A DNA stretch of 64,000 nt from Octopus vulgaris. Taxonomy: Eukaryota. Location of the stretch: positions 434,001-498,000 of the forward strand of contig OX597842.1 of NCBI GenBank assembly GCA_951406725.2, written 5' to 3'. Below, in pieces: positions 27,975 through 41,373 of this stretch. Within the stretch, counting starts at the first letter, position 1. Each line of letters starts with the position of its first letter. The notes under the pieces were generated by a model. That model was not told the origin of the DNA and searched no databases. It saw only the letters and a program-made list of their open reading frames with translations. A program made the position numbers and the translations under genes.

Positions 27975-28598
27975 AAGAAGGAATATATTCACAGATATGA
28001 CGGAGTTGGGACCTACATACACTGGAAGCTATGCCAACATTATGGAATAACAACAGAAGAAAGATGGTATAGGCACATGCCAGAAAAGGTCACAGAAAAC
28101 GAGAAAGCAACCATACTCTGGGATATGCCGATACACACAGATAGAGAAATTAAGGCCAACAGACCAGATATAGTTGTCAGAGATCATGAAGAAAAAAATG
28201 CTTTCTAATTGATGTATCAATACCGGCAGATGACAATGTGTCTCTAAAAGAAATGGAGAAACTCTCAAAATACAAAGACCTGGAAATAGAGGTAACTAGA
28301 ATGTGGAATCTAAAAACAGAAACGATCCCTATCATAGTAGGTGCATTAGGCATGATAGAAAAATATTCAGACAAATACATAACAAAAACACCTGGACTTA
28401 CAAACACATATAACATACAGAAAATTGCACTACTAGGCACTGCACACATCCTACGCAGAATACTTTCCATACAATAACCATCAGAACATCACAACAAATC
28501 ACAGAGCATCACAACAAATCACAGCACATACCCAAGGCACACAGAGCTGTGCTCGGTAGTGAAGTGAAAGCACGATATAAAAATAAAACTACTGAAAG
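27975..28598 (+). pseudogene. Restriction-like-endonuclease LINE (R4/Dong-like) 3' end
   Basis: …YIHWKLCQHYG…WYRHMPEKVTENEKATILWDMPIHTDREIKANRPDIVV, frameshift at A-run ~28191-28198, then CFLIDVSIPADDNVSLKEMEKLSKYKDL…PIIVGALG…QKIALLGTAHILRRILS*. PD…D motif present; followed by (TAA)n. Confidence 0.85.
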
Positions 28599-29461
28599 AT
28601 AATAATAATAATAATAATAATAATGATAATAATAATAATAATAATGATAATAATAATAATGATAATAATTATAGCCATTAATACTGACTTCTATACTGTA
28701 CATCAGGTAATGTAGTCCTAGATACACTATGCCTGAATAAAAAAATGCGATGATCACAGCTCGAACAACTTTGATCATAGGTCGACTGGATTAGGACTGA
28801 CCTGGGGTTAAACAACAACAACAACCATAACCACTAATACAGACTACAATATTATACATTAGACAATGTAGTCCTAGATACACTATGTCTGAATAAAAGA
28901 TGTGATGATCACAGCTTGAACATCTTTGATCATATGTCTGTTGGATCAAGATTGACCTGGGGCTAAATAACAAGAAGAAGAAGGACAACAACAACAGCAT
29001 CAACAATGAATTACCAGAAGAGAAATTCCTTACCATAATTCTCCAAGAGAAGACAGACTTTACTAAAAACCAACTAAGGAGACTCCTGCTGAGTTTCTTT
29101 AGTTCTTTACACAACTTAGTTTCTATACTCAGCCATCAAAAACTAGCCATAAAAAACCCAATACATGATGTAGAATAATATATTTATATATACACACATG
29201 CATACATACATGTAACATTTTATGAAACTGAAAATATATATGTATGTGTGTGTGAGGGGTATCATAAACACACACACACACATATGTGTGTGTGTGTGTG
29301 TGTATGTATATATATATATAGTACATGTACATACATAACCACATGCCCACACAAGTGTTTGTGAGAGTGTGTGTATGCTATATCTATATATGCATGTTTT
29401 GGATATATGTATATATATATGCACATGTATTTATATGCATACATATGTATGTATGTGTGTG

Positions 29462-29492
<31 letters not shown>

Positions 29493-29651
29493 ATATATAT
29501 GTATGTATATAGATATATATATATGTGCATATGATACGCACACACATGTGTGTATGTATACATTAATATATAACATGTATTTGCATATGTATATGTCTAT
29601 ATGTATACGTATAAATTATGTGAGTATATATACACCTATGTATCTCTCTCT

Positions 29652-29708
<57 letters not shown>

Positions 29709-30159
29709 TATATATGTAGACAGATACACATATACACACACATATTTATGTACATATGCATTTACACACATATATACATACATATTCATATACACAAATA
29801 TTTGTGGGTCCATACAGCCACATATACATACCCCTATATATACACACAGACACAGACACACACACACACACATACAGACATACAAACACACACAGCCACA
29901 CACATTAAAACTTGCAAAAGACTTTTGGCAATCAACCAAAATATATTTCCGTGTAGTTTCCTTTATTTTATTTCTTCATCAACTCCAAAAAAAAACGTTT
30001 TTGAATTCTTGCATTGTTGACAGCCAAAAACTGAAGATTCCAGTTCCTCAGTTCTTCAACTTTCAGGAATTTAAAGAAATGGTAATTGACAATGGATGAC
30101 AGAATCAAAGTATTGTAAGAAGCAGCGGGGTTTGTCTTCTAAAGATTTTGGCAAAAATG

Positions 30160-30855
30160 CAGGTGTGGCTGTGTGGTTAGAAGTTTGCCTAACAACCATA
30201 TGGTTCCAGGTTCAGTCCCACTGTGGGACACCTTGGAGGAGTGTTTCCCACTTGAGCCTTGGGCCAACAAAAACCTTATGAATGGAGTGGCTGTGTGGTA
30301 AGTAACTTGCTTACCAACAACATAGTTCTGGGTTCAGTCCCCCTGTGTGGCACCTTGGGCAAGTGTCTTCTATCAAAGCCTTGTGAGTGGATTTCGTAGA
30401 TGGAAACTGAAAGAAACCTGTCATGTATATGTATGTATATATATATATATATATATGCGAGTATGTTTGTCCCTCAACATCACTTGACAACCGATGCTGG
30501 TGTGTTTACGTCACAGTAACTTAGTGGTTCAGCAAAAGATACTGATAGAATAAGTACTAGGCTTACAAAGAATAAGTCTTTGGGTCGATTTACTCGACTA
30601 AAGGCAGTGCTCCAGCATGGTCACAATCAAATGACTGAAACAAGTAAAAGAGTATAACCTACATATATATGTATGTATGTATATATATATATATTCAACA
30701 GGCTTCTCTCAGTTTCCATCTGCCAAATCCATTCACAAGACTTTGGTCAACCCGAGGCTATAGTAGAAGACACTTGCCTAAGGTCCCACGCAGTGGGACT
30801 GAACCTGGAACCATATGGTCAGAAACCAAGCCTTTTACCACACAGCCATGCCTGT
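30160..30855. mobile_element. SINE family A cluster (duplicated head and full copy on +, 5' half on -)
   Basis: Family A motifs on both strands. Confidence 0.8.
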
Positions 30856-31861
30856 GCCTTTGTTGTTCATCATTTACTCACAGTAATTGCAACCAGAAGG
30901 TTGTGTGTTCAAATCCAGTGAGTGTCACCAATTGTCATGAGATTGTTACAACTCATTGCATAGGTCATGGAAGGAATGATATGGAGATGCTGATGGTCAA
31001 GTTGGGTTCTGGTTGTGTATAAATGATGCATAACACTTGTGAGCAATTAACAGGCACTTTATTCCCTGCAGAAAACATTTTTTCCATTTTGGTTTTGAAT
31101 TAATAATACAAACAACAAAACAGAGACTCTGGAAAAGACAATTCTGTCGTTATGACAGACTGGTTGGTTAAATAGGTTCTGTGACTAAGCTGTCAAGATA
31201 AATGATGTTGATAAATGAAACCAGATTCCTGGCTGCAGTTCTGTCACTGTTGTCTGTTCGGTTGAATAAGAAGTTGTTAAAACAACTGTTAAATGCTGAA
31301 AAATGAGAATGGGGTTTCTTTTAATGATGGGGATTTCCAGCATTCTCAGGCAAGAGGTGAGATCTGTGAAATGCATCAGTTGGTCCCTGCGTAAATATCC
31401 CAGGTATTTCATCCAGGTTGCCTTCAATGCTTTGTAAAGAATTGACCCTAAAAACTTGTCTTTTTCTACAAGGTTCAAGAAGACTGCATCATGTGACGGC
31501 TTGATGCTCACTGATCAGTTAATTGGCTGATCAAGTGAAACAGCTGTTACTAATCCGTGATTTTTTCTTCGTAATTTGTAAATTCAATATCAAAATTGCA
31601 CACACACGCTTATACACATATATATTGGGTCATCCCATAAATAATGCAGTTTTTTCAATTGCATTGAAAGTAAAAATTTTATTCAACATGAGACAATAAA
31701 TTCTAATCAAACTAAAAATCCAGATATGCTATAGATTCATAAATGGAGATGAGGAAAGGCATAAAGTCAGAGGGGGATGGGGTAAGCTACCTGCATCAAC
31801 TTGCTATAAAAGAAGGTAAGAATTTTACCTTGTCCTTATTCTTAGTGCAAGATTTGAAGAG

Positions 31862-32487
31862 TCATCATTATCATCATCATCATCGTTTAACATCTGCTTT
31901 CCGTGCTAGCATGGGTTGGACGATTTGACTGAGGTCTGGTGAACCAGATAGCTGCACCAGGCTCCAATCTTGATCTGGCAGAGATTCTACAGCTGGATGC
32001 CCTTCCTAACGCTAACCACTCCGAGAGTGTAGTGGGTGCTTTTTACGTGCCACTGGCACGAAGGCCAGTCAGGCGGTACTGGCAACGTCCACGCTCAAGT
32101 GGTTTTTTACATGCTACCTGCACAGGAGCCAGTCCAGCGGCACTGGCAATGACCTCGCTCAAATGTTTTTTTCTGTGCCATCGGCAGAAGTGCCAGTAAG
32201 GCGACACTGGTAAAAATCATGCTTGAATGGTGCTTTTTATGTGCCACCGGCATGGAAGCCATTTAGCAGCTCTGGCAAAGATCACGCTTGTATGGTACTC
32301 TTAGCGCTCCACGAAGGAAAGGTATGCATAAGTGGGCCGGTTACACCCCTGGCATAGACCACAAGGCTATGGTCTCACTTGGCTTGCCGGGTCTTCTCAA
32401 GCACAGCATATTTCCAAAGGTCTTGGTCACTAGTCATTGCCTTGGTAAGGCCTAATATTCGAAGGTCATGTTTCACCACCTCATCCA
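31862..32487 (-). mobile_element. RTE LINE 3' end (ORF tail plus family C 3' UTR)
   Basis: Minus strand DEVVKHDLRILGLTKAMTSDQDLWKYAVLEKTRQAK*, continuing into the family C sequence and (GAT)n tail. Confidence 0.85.
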
Positions 32488-33075
32488 GTGCAGTTCGATT
32501 TTAACAGTTACTTTTCCAAAGCTATAATGGAAGTGACAAAGAAGCATGTTCAACATATTTTGCTTTAGGAGTTCAACAAAAGATTCAATAAGGGAAACAA
32601 TGCAACAGAAAGTGCAAGGAATATTAAGACCGATAGAATAAGTACTAGGTTTACAAAGAATTATCCCTGGGGTCGATTTCTTCGAGTAAAGGTGGTACTC
32701 CAGCAAGGCCGTAGTGAAAAAACTGAAAAAATAAACAAATAAAAGAAAGAATAAATATATATATACAATGGGCTTCTTTCAGTTTCCAATTACCTCCAAA
32801 TTCGAGGGCTCAGTTCCTTGTTATGTCATTACGTACCAATTTAGTAGTAATGAGTTGGGTAGACATTTCAAAGACAGAATGACTTGCTCTGTGCATTCAA
32901 TTAAACTTTATGACTAGAATTAATGTATTTATTTTGCAGTTGATTAGGTTCTCAAGTAAGTTATGGAAACAGCTGTAGAGAAAAATGAAAGAAAGTTCTG
33001 AAATATCATTGAGATATATTGTTTTCTATTCTTCCAAATACATGTGTATATGTATGCACACACACACACACATAT

Positions 33076-33265
33076 AAAGTTAATCCAAACATGAAAACAC
33101 AACAGCGCGAGGACGAGGAACAAATATAGTATTATTGGACACTCAGGAAAGAAGGAGGGTTTAACGTTTCGAGTGGAGGTCTTCGTCAGAAACAAAGAAA
33201 ATGGAAAGATCCAAGGAAGAGAAGACAGAGGAAAAAAATCGCCAACGATACACACGCGATCACAT
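33076..33265 (-). mobile_element. Hammerhead-bearing short element (probable solo pLTR); motif at 33159-33193
   Basis: Reverse complement GTTT-CTGACGA-A-GAcctccacTC-GAAA-CG-TT-AAAC. Core intact, stem II decayed. Homologous to 61818-62043. Confidence 0.7.
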
Positions 33266-34197
33266 ATATATATGCATATAAATGTAAGAATGAAACAAAA
33301 ATGCAATAGAGGACAATAAAACATTTGGACCGATAAATGATACAAAGGCGGACAAGAGAAGCAACAATTAGAAGGACAGGCAAAAAGAGATGGGTCATTC
33401 GTGGCCTTCTTTCTTCAGTGAAGTTCCAGAAGTCACAACCATTTTGGACAGTTACACTTGAGATGGTTCGATCTGTTTGTCCCCCAAAAAGTCTAAGCTT
33501 GAGTATTAGACCCCTTTATAAGAAAGCTAGCGAATGTGTACGGTAGCAATGATGAAAATAAACAAACAAACAAAAAAACCAGGAACATGATACACAATTA
33601 CGAATACAACAAGAAATAACAACAGGCATCTTTCAACTGAGTACAATATATATATATATATATATATTGGTATGTGTGCATAATATATAGATATATATAT
33701 ATATATATATATATATATCTAAGCACACACATATCTATGATGGTATTTTATATATATGTGTATATATATATATGTGTGTGTGTGTGCTTGTATATATCAG
33801 TGTTTATATATGCTTGTTTATATGGACTAATATTTCTGTATACAAATATGTGTGCACAATTTATATATAATATTTATGTGTGTCTGTGTGTGTTTGTGCA
33901 CATGTGTATAAAATGTGTCTGTATCTCTATCTATCTATCTATATGCATATACACACACACATACATACATACATACATATATATGTATGTATGTATGCAC
34001 ATAATCACAAGCAAGTCTCACACACTGAGGTACACATACAGACACATGCCTATACACACACAAATATGCACCCTTAGAAAAACACACATATATACACATC
34101 ACTATCCCCCTACATTAGCAAATTGATGTTCAAATTTTCTCCAAGGCATTTAGATATAGATCTATCACTAAGTTGCTAAATTATTTTGGATAACAGG

Positions 34198-34800
34198 TTG
34201 GTGGTAGTGGTGGTGGTGAGAATGTTAGTGCTGGCAATAGCGATGGTGGAGGTAGTGTGGTGGTGATTGTGGTGGTGGTGGTGATTGTGGTAGTGGTGAT
34301 GGTGATCGTGATAGTGTGGGTTGTGGTGATAGTGGAGGTGGTGATAGTGGTGGTGGTGATAGTTGTAGTGGTGATGGTTGTGTTGATGGTGATGATAGTG
34401 GTGGTGGTGATAGTTGTAGTGGTGATGGTTGTGGTGATGGTGATGATAGTGGTGGTGGTGGCGATGATAGTGCTGGTGATTGTAGTGGTGGTGGTGATTG
34501 CGGTTGTGGTAGTGATTGTGATGGTGGTGGTGATAGTGGTGATAGTTGTAGTGGTGATGGTTGTGGTGATGGTGGTGATGATTGTGGTTGTGGTGGTAGT
34601 GGTAGTGATTGTAATGGTGTGATGATTGTTGTTGTTGTGGTGGTGGTGATAGTGGTGGTAGTGGTGATGATGATGGTGGATGTGGGGAAGCTGGAGACAG
34701 TTGTGATAGAGCTGCTAAAGGTGACGATGGTGGTGGCTGTGATGGATTCAGTGGTGATGGTCATGCTACTGGTGTTAGTGAAAGTGGCAAAGACAGTGAC
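34198..34800. repeat. Degenerate (GGT/GAT) tract
   Basis: Directly visible. Confidence 0.95.
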
Positions 34801-34897
34801 AGACATGTCTCCAATATCACTTAGCAGATTTATAAACAAAAATCGATAAAATAAATAACAGATAAAAAAATTTGGCAATGATATCATCTACTACTTA

Positions 34898-36176
34898 TCA
34901 TCATCATCATCATCATCATTTAACATCCATTGTCCATGCTGGCATGGGTTGGACGGTTTGACTAGGCTGGCATGCTGGAAGGCTGTGCCAGGATCAATCC
35001 AGTCTGATTTGGCATGGATTTCTACAGCTGGATGCCCTTCCTAATGCCAACCACTCTGAGAGTGTAGTGGGTGCTTTTATGTGCTACTGGCACAGGTGCC
35101 ATTTGTATGACACTGGTATCTGTCACAACTGAGATTTTGCTTGGCTTGATGGGTCTTCTTCTCAAGCATGACATAATGCCAAAGGTCTTGGTCGTTGCAT
35201 CCATGAGGCCCAATGCTCGAAAGGAACTCAACCACCTCAACTCTGTGAGACCTGCTCAACAGGAACTTAGTCACCTCACCTCCGTGAGGCTCAACACTTG
35301 AAAGGAACTCGGCCACTTTTCCTCCATGAGACCCAGGAGCTCAGCCACTCAGCCTCCATGAGGCCCAACACTCAAAAGGAACTCCGCTACCTTGCCTCTG
35401 TGAGGCCCAACACTTGAAAGGAACTTGGCCACTTTGCCTTCGTCAAGCCCAATGCTCAAAAGGTACCCTCCACAATAGAGACCAGCACTTCATTCCACAA
35501 CTGCCCACGTCTATACACATCACATGACCATACCAGCACAGTCGTCTCTCCTGCACACCACATCTGATTCCTCTGAAGCCTAACTTTCCTCTCAAGATGC
35601 ATACACTCAGTCATACATGCACACGGACATTGCACATCCAGCAAAGCATACTGGTTTCATTTCTTTCAAGCCTACAGATGTCCTCAGCTGTTGTAGCCCA
35701 TGTTTCACTGCCATGTAGCATTGCTGTTCACACACAGGTATCAAACAATCTGCTTTTCTCTCTGAGAGAGAGGCCCTTTGTTGCCATCAGGGGTAGGAGC
35801 TCTCTGAACTTTGCGCAGGCTAATCTTATTGCTCTCAGAACAACTACCTCTAATACTAACCTGGTCCACTGGATACCGGAAGCTGTCTACTGTCTCTAGC
35901 TTGCTTCCCTGGCAGCTGATGGAGTCTATTTTCTGCACCTGTCCAGCATTTATCATTCCTGCACATCTCCCACATACAAACGATAGTTTCTCTGTTTACC
36001 TTCTTTTCATGTTGCTGCACCTTTTGTGTGTCCAAAGCTTAGACTGGGTGCACCTTATGGAGTTCCTACCTACATCTTTTCTACAGATCGAGCACGGCCA
36101 TCTACCCGAGGGGATTTGTGATTTGTCTGCCTTCCTACTTACTATGACATTGGTTTTTGTTAGGTTAACCCTAAGG
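34898..36176 (-). pseudogene. 5'-truncated RTE-clade LINE: RT C-terminus with Cys-rich insert, 3' UTR, (GAT)n tail
   Basis: LRVNLTKT…GRWPCSICRKDVGRNSIRCTQSKLWTHKRCS…LETVDSFRY…AMLHGSETW…RLERNE…VQERRLCWYGHV, with frameshifts. A ~40-bp tandem expansion lies at ~35200-35460. Confidence 0.88.
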
Positions 36177-36700
36177 TATATATATATATATATATATAAA
36201 ACTGTAGTTGTGTGAGTGTCTGTCCCCTTCAATTTAGATTCCTAACTACTCCCACATTTTGCGGTGCAGTTTAACCAAATTCGGGTATCTTATAGTCGTG
36301 ATTCATATCGAGCCCGTCTGAGTATTAGCGCGCGTCAACGATGAGTCTACGATTTTAAAAATAATTTAACATAATTTTTTATTCCATTTTAATGCATAAT
36401 TTTTCGTGTGTCGATGGCGGCAGAGTTGGCGTCCACGGTCACACCTGCACCTGTGTTGCTTCTCCCCCTTCTTCCCTCCCTCGTGAAGCTGTGGGGAAGG
36501 GAGTGTAAGGAAATTAACGACGTAAAGCGTTGTCAAGGAGACCAGCGTTCTTTTAGAACAACGACTTCATGGCTTGAAGACACCAAAACAGAAATGGCTA
36601 AGAAAGCCCAAATTGGCATCTATAAGGGAAGTAACTCTCTAAAAATGCTTATATAGTTATTTCCCTTACAAACCCGAGCAACGCCGGGCGATACTGCTAG
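36177..36700 (+). mobile_element. Non-autonomous Helitron
   Basis: 5' (TA)nAAACTGTAGTTGTG…, 3' aaacccgagcaacgccgggcgatactgCTAG. The 3' end is nearly identical to that of 27272-27662 but the interior differs. Confidence 0.8.
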
Positions 36701-36731
<31 letters not shown>

Positions 36732-37573
36732 ACAAACACACACACACTCAATGGGCTTCTTTCAGTTTCTACCTGTCAGATCCACTCACAAAGCTTTGGT
36801 CAGCCTGAGTTTATAGAAGAAGACACTTGCCCACAGTGCCATGCAGTGGCACTGAACCCATAACCATGTGGTAGGGAAAAAAGCTTCTTAACACACAGCC
36901 ACAATCTGATAGAAGGAAGGTATTTAAATGGCAAAGGCACCAGGGTAGAGTTGGGCATAGTGCACCTATGTGCTAACAATGTGCAGGAGCACACACATAC
37001 ATACTAAAGTAAATATGGATTTGTCCTTCCAGTTATGCATATATTCACAAATACAGACTAAATACACAATGTGTATGGAAAGTTTCACAGGAGTAAACTC
37101 ACAGCACATACTCTACAGTTGACTATAGGCTCTAGATCCAACCCAGGGAAGGTTCATAGTGAAATTGTAGTCATGGCCTTTACCAGTGCCATGTAAGTGG
37201 CACACATGCCAGTGGCACGTTAAAAGCAACCATTATACTCTTGGAGTGGTTGGCATTAGGAAGGGCATCCAGCTACAGAAACCATGCTAAATCAGACTGG
37301 AACCTGGTGCAGATTTCTGGCTTACCGGTTTCAGTCAAACCATCTAACCATCTACCGGTTTCAATCAAACCATCTAACATAGAAAGTGGATGTTAAATGA
37401 TGATGATGTTGGAATTCCATAAAGTTTGTCTACCAAATTCACCTCCAAGGCATCAGTCGGTTGGCGTGGGTGGGGTTTAAAGTAGAATACTCTTACACAA
37501 GATGCTGTGCAGTAAAACTGAACCTGACACCATATAGTTGCAATGTATAAACAATAACACAAATGGATTGAGT

Positions 37574-37659
37574 TTCACTACAGCTGTTTCAAACATGTTC
37601 TAAATTGATGAACAAGAATGTTACATCATGCAAAAAAAAAGCTGCTTTCTTCAGGTCAA
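37574..37659 (-). ncRNA. Hammerhead-like motif with long stem II region
   Basis: Reverse complement ttgac-CTGAAGA-…-GAAA-CAGCTG-TA-gtgaa. Inverted partner of 38145-38231. Confidence 0.55.
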
Positions 37660-38144
37660 TTACATAAAGGATTCTTTTACGTAAATAAACCATCCAACTC
37701 ATGCCAGCATAGAAAACAGATGTTAAATGATGACGATGATGATGAATTTTGTCATTATTTCACAGGAGTTTGAGACATAAATTTAAGTGAAATTTTAGGA
37801 GGCTGTTTTAACTGAGATCATTTTAGAACTTTAAGTTTGTACCATAGACCCAAGGATGGTTTCGGTAGGATTAGTATAAAAAGGATTAAAGAAAACCCTT
37901 CATCTTTGCATAAATATATCTTACTTACAATATACCATTCCTACTTCACTAAAACATTAAAAAAATTTTCTCTCACCACAGTATCTAGATGACTTCAATT
38001 TACATAAAGGATTCTTCGCATAAATAGAACATAATACATGTTGACCCTCCCATCTGGGTTACAGACGAGAGAGTGTCTCTCAGGGTTAAACTGCAGTATG
38101 TTTTCTTTTCGTGGGGAATCCATAGGGTTAAATTTTAGTCATAA

Positions 38145-38231
38145 TTGACCTGAAGAAAATGGGGTTTTTTTTTGCATGATGTAACACTTTTGTTCATCAA
38201 TAAAGAACATGTTTGAAACAGCTGTAGTGAA
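38145..38231 (+). ncRNA. Hammerhead-like motif with long stem II region
   Basis: ttgac-CTGAAGA-aaat…gttt-GAAA-CAGCTG-TA-gtgaa. Palindromic stem III (ACAGCTGT), GUA site, one G-G mismatch in stem I. Confidence 0.55.
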
Positions 38232-39689
38232 CCTCAATCTATCTGTGTAATTGTGTGTATATATATATCCTTTATCCTTCACTTGTTTCAATCATTAAAC
38301 TGTGGCCATGCTGGGGCACTACCTTGAAGAAAATTTAGTCAAATGAATTGATCCCAGCACTTGTATTTTCTAAGCCGGGTACTTATTTTATTAGTTTCAT
38401 TTGCCGAACCACTATGTTATGGGAATATAAACACAACAGCACTGGTTAAGTGGTAGGGGTAGGGGACAAAAATACAAAGTCACACACACACACACATACA
38501 CATGAAAGTCTTCTTTCACTTTTCATCTACCAAATTCACACATACGGCTTTGGTTGACCTGGGGCTATAGTAAAAGACACTCTCCCAAGGTGTCACTGTT
38601 ACAGAATGGGAACTGAACTCGGAACCATGTGGTTAGTAAGCAAGCTTCTTATTACACAGCCACACACACACACAGACATGTTGCAAACAAACTTATAAGT
38701 GCAGAGTGAGTCAGGATTCTAGAGAAAATAAAAGAATTCTAGAATGTTAGTTGGCTGTGAAGAGAGCTTAGAAAATTGGAAATTGGAATAAAGTGGCCAG
38801 CAAGCTGCTACACATGGGTATTTGATTTTGCAGGGTTCAGGATGTGGAATCATTTTGGATACAAAAGTACAGACCTGAAATACAAAGGTCACATTATTGA
38901 TGAGGTCATAGATACAAAAAGTCACTAATGAACCAACAAATTAACTGACCGAGCAAGCTAGAAATGAATTAGTTAACAAGTTGGCCAATAATTATAAAAT
39001 GAAGTGAAATGCAACCAGTGTATGTGTTCTCATTGGCAAAATGACCCTCCCAAAGTACAACATTATATGTAATTGTACATAAACACTAGCAGAAAACACC
39101 ACTCACAGTGGTTTTCTTTGGGCCACTAAATATTTACACTTCGTATTCCCTATTTGTGTAATTTTCCTATGTTGTGTCTCGTTTTTCTTCATATCCCTTT
39201 ATTCATCTAATATTACTCATTTGTTCAGTAAATATTTCTTTCGTTATTTCATCACAATCGAAGGTGGTGGACTGGTAGAATCGTTTGCATGCTGGGTAAA
39301 ATGCTTTGTGGCATTTCATCTGTCTTTTTGTTCTGAGTTCAAATTCCGTCAAGGTTGAATCTGCTTTTAATCCTTTTGGGGCTAATAAAGTAATTAGCAG
39401 TTGAGCACTGGGAGTTAATGTAATTGACTTACCATACACCCTAAATTGCTGGCCTTGTGCCAAAAATTTAAAACCATTATTATTATTATTATTATTATTA
39501 TCATTACTTTTAGCAGTATTTTGCCCATTGCTCCAATCCAAGTTCAAGTTCTGATGAGGACAACTTTGCCTTTCATCCTTTCGGGGTCGATTAAATAAGT
39601 ACCAGTTGAACACTGGGGCCAATGTAATCAACACATCCCTTCTCCTCAAATTTATGCCCATGTGGCAAACTTTGAAACCATTATTATTA

Positions 39690-40200
39690 TTATTGAGTGA
39701 GAGAGCAGTACATGCCATCAAAGTGACATTGGGGTACAAATATACAAAGCCCAGTATACCCATCATGACTACTCGTCTGATAAGGGTACACCAGGCACAT
39801 GCATCATAACCATATGTATGTGACATGGTGATCTCATATCAAGATAAACAGCACATGACCTTGCAGGTGGGGCCCAGTTAGAATTTTCTTCAGGTCGAGT
39901 AACCCATCCCACTCGAAAGGTCCCTGAATAAGGGTTGTTAAAGGATGTTGAAAGAACCACCCATGTTTCCAGAGGTGAATTATTCAAACCCCAAAGAATC
40001 CCTCTCAACACATGGTTATGATGCTCCCCCACTACTTCTGCTCCTGATCAGAGATGCACATATTGTCAGCCACTAAGGGACATGCTCAACTGGTTATGGT
40101 CAAACAACTAACAAGCAAATCTGTGCTATTGAGCAGAATATTTGCTGTAGCCCATCTTTTATACCAAGACAAAACAAGGGACATGGTAACACTTCCAATC
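39690..40200 (-). mobile_element. Unclassified ~520-bp element ending in (TAA)n
   Basis: Close reverse-complement match to 49960-50521. Confidence 0.8.
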
Positions 40201-40537
40201 AGTACATTGTTTTGTCTTGCTATAAAACAATGTACTGATTGGAAGTGTTATCATGTACATTGTTTTGTTTATTATTATTATTATTATTGTTATTGCTATT
40301 ATTATTATTATCATTATTATTATTATTATTATTATTAAGGCAGAGAGCTGGGAGAATCTTTACCATGCTGGCATTTCATCCGTCTTTACATTCTGAGTTC
40401 AAATCCTGCTGAGGTTGATTTTATCTTTCATCCTTTCTGGGTCGATAAAATAAGAATCAGTCAAGTACTGGGGTTGATGTGATTGACAATCTCCCTCCCC
40501 CTCAAATTCCAGGTCTTGTGCCTATAACAGAAAGAAT

Positions 40538-41373
40538 TATTACCTCCACCTTAGCAAAGGCAGAGGTGTTGTTTTCAGTTGCATTTGTTTGTCCATAGAC
40601 AAGATATCTCAAGAACCACTGGATGGATTCGGATGAAATTTTCAGGGATGTTTGGCCTTGTTACGGACACGAACTGATAAGATTTTGGGATTGATCCAGT
40701 ACTGGACAAGGATTCTGGATTATTTGTTATATTTACTTTACTCTACATGAAGTATTACAATCTTATGTTCACTGTCAAGTCTTTCTCTTTCTCTGGTACC
40801 GGACAAGGATTCTGGATTATTTTTCCTATTTCTTTACTTAATTTTTGAGAGTGGTCAGGTTCATTTTTAGTATTTTCATTTCTGAGAGAGGTCGAATTTA
40901 TTTAAGATATTCTCATTTTAAAACCATCTCCGGCTAATCGTTGAGAGGACGTTGGTGTTGCCTTGGTGGAAGTTTGCACTCTCCAAGTGCTTTTGTTATA
41001 TATCATTATCATTATTATTATTATTACCTCCGTTTAGTGAAGGCAGAGGTATTGTTTTTAGTTGTGTTTGTTTGTCCATGGACAACATATCTCAAGAACC
41101 ACTGGATGGATTTGGATGAAACTTTCAGGGATGTTTGGCCTTGTTACTGGCAAGAACTGATTAAATTTTGGGATTGATCAGGTACTGGACAAGGATTCCG
41201 GATTATTTTTCCTGTTTTTTTATTTTTTACTTAATTTTTGAGAGTGGTCAGGTTCATTTTTAGTATTCTCATTTGTGAGAGCAGTTGAGTTTATTTCAGA
41301 TATTCTCATTTTAAAAATAATCTCCGGCTAATCATTGAGAGGACATTGGTGTTGCCTTGGTGGAGGTTTGCAC
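40538..41373 (+). mobile_element. Two Helentron-associated (HINE/DINE-1-like) elements
   Basis: 5' ttACCTCC(A/G)…aaGGCAGAGGT palindrome, 3' subterminal GGTGGAGGT-like repeat and short terminal hairpin (gcactctccaagtgc). Further copies at 48888-49250 (-) and a fragment at 42420-42495. Confidence 0.7.

Noticed and set aside
31185-31511. 108-aa non-repetitive ORF
   Set aside because: Non-ATG start, no recognisable motif and no convincing splice sites.
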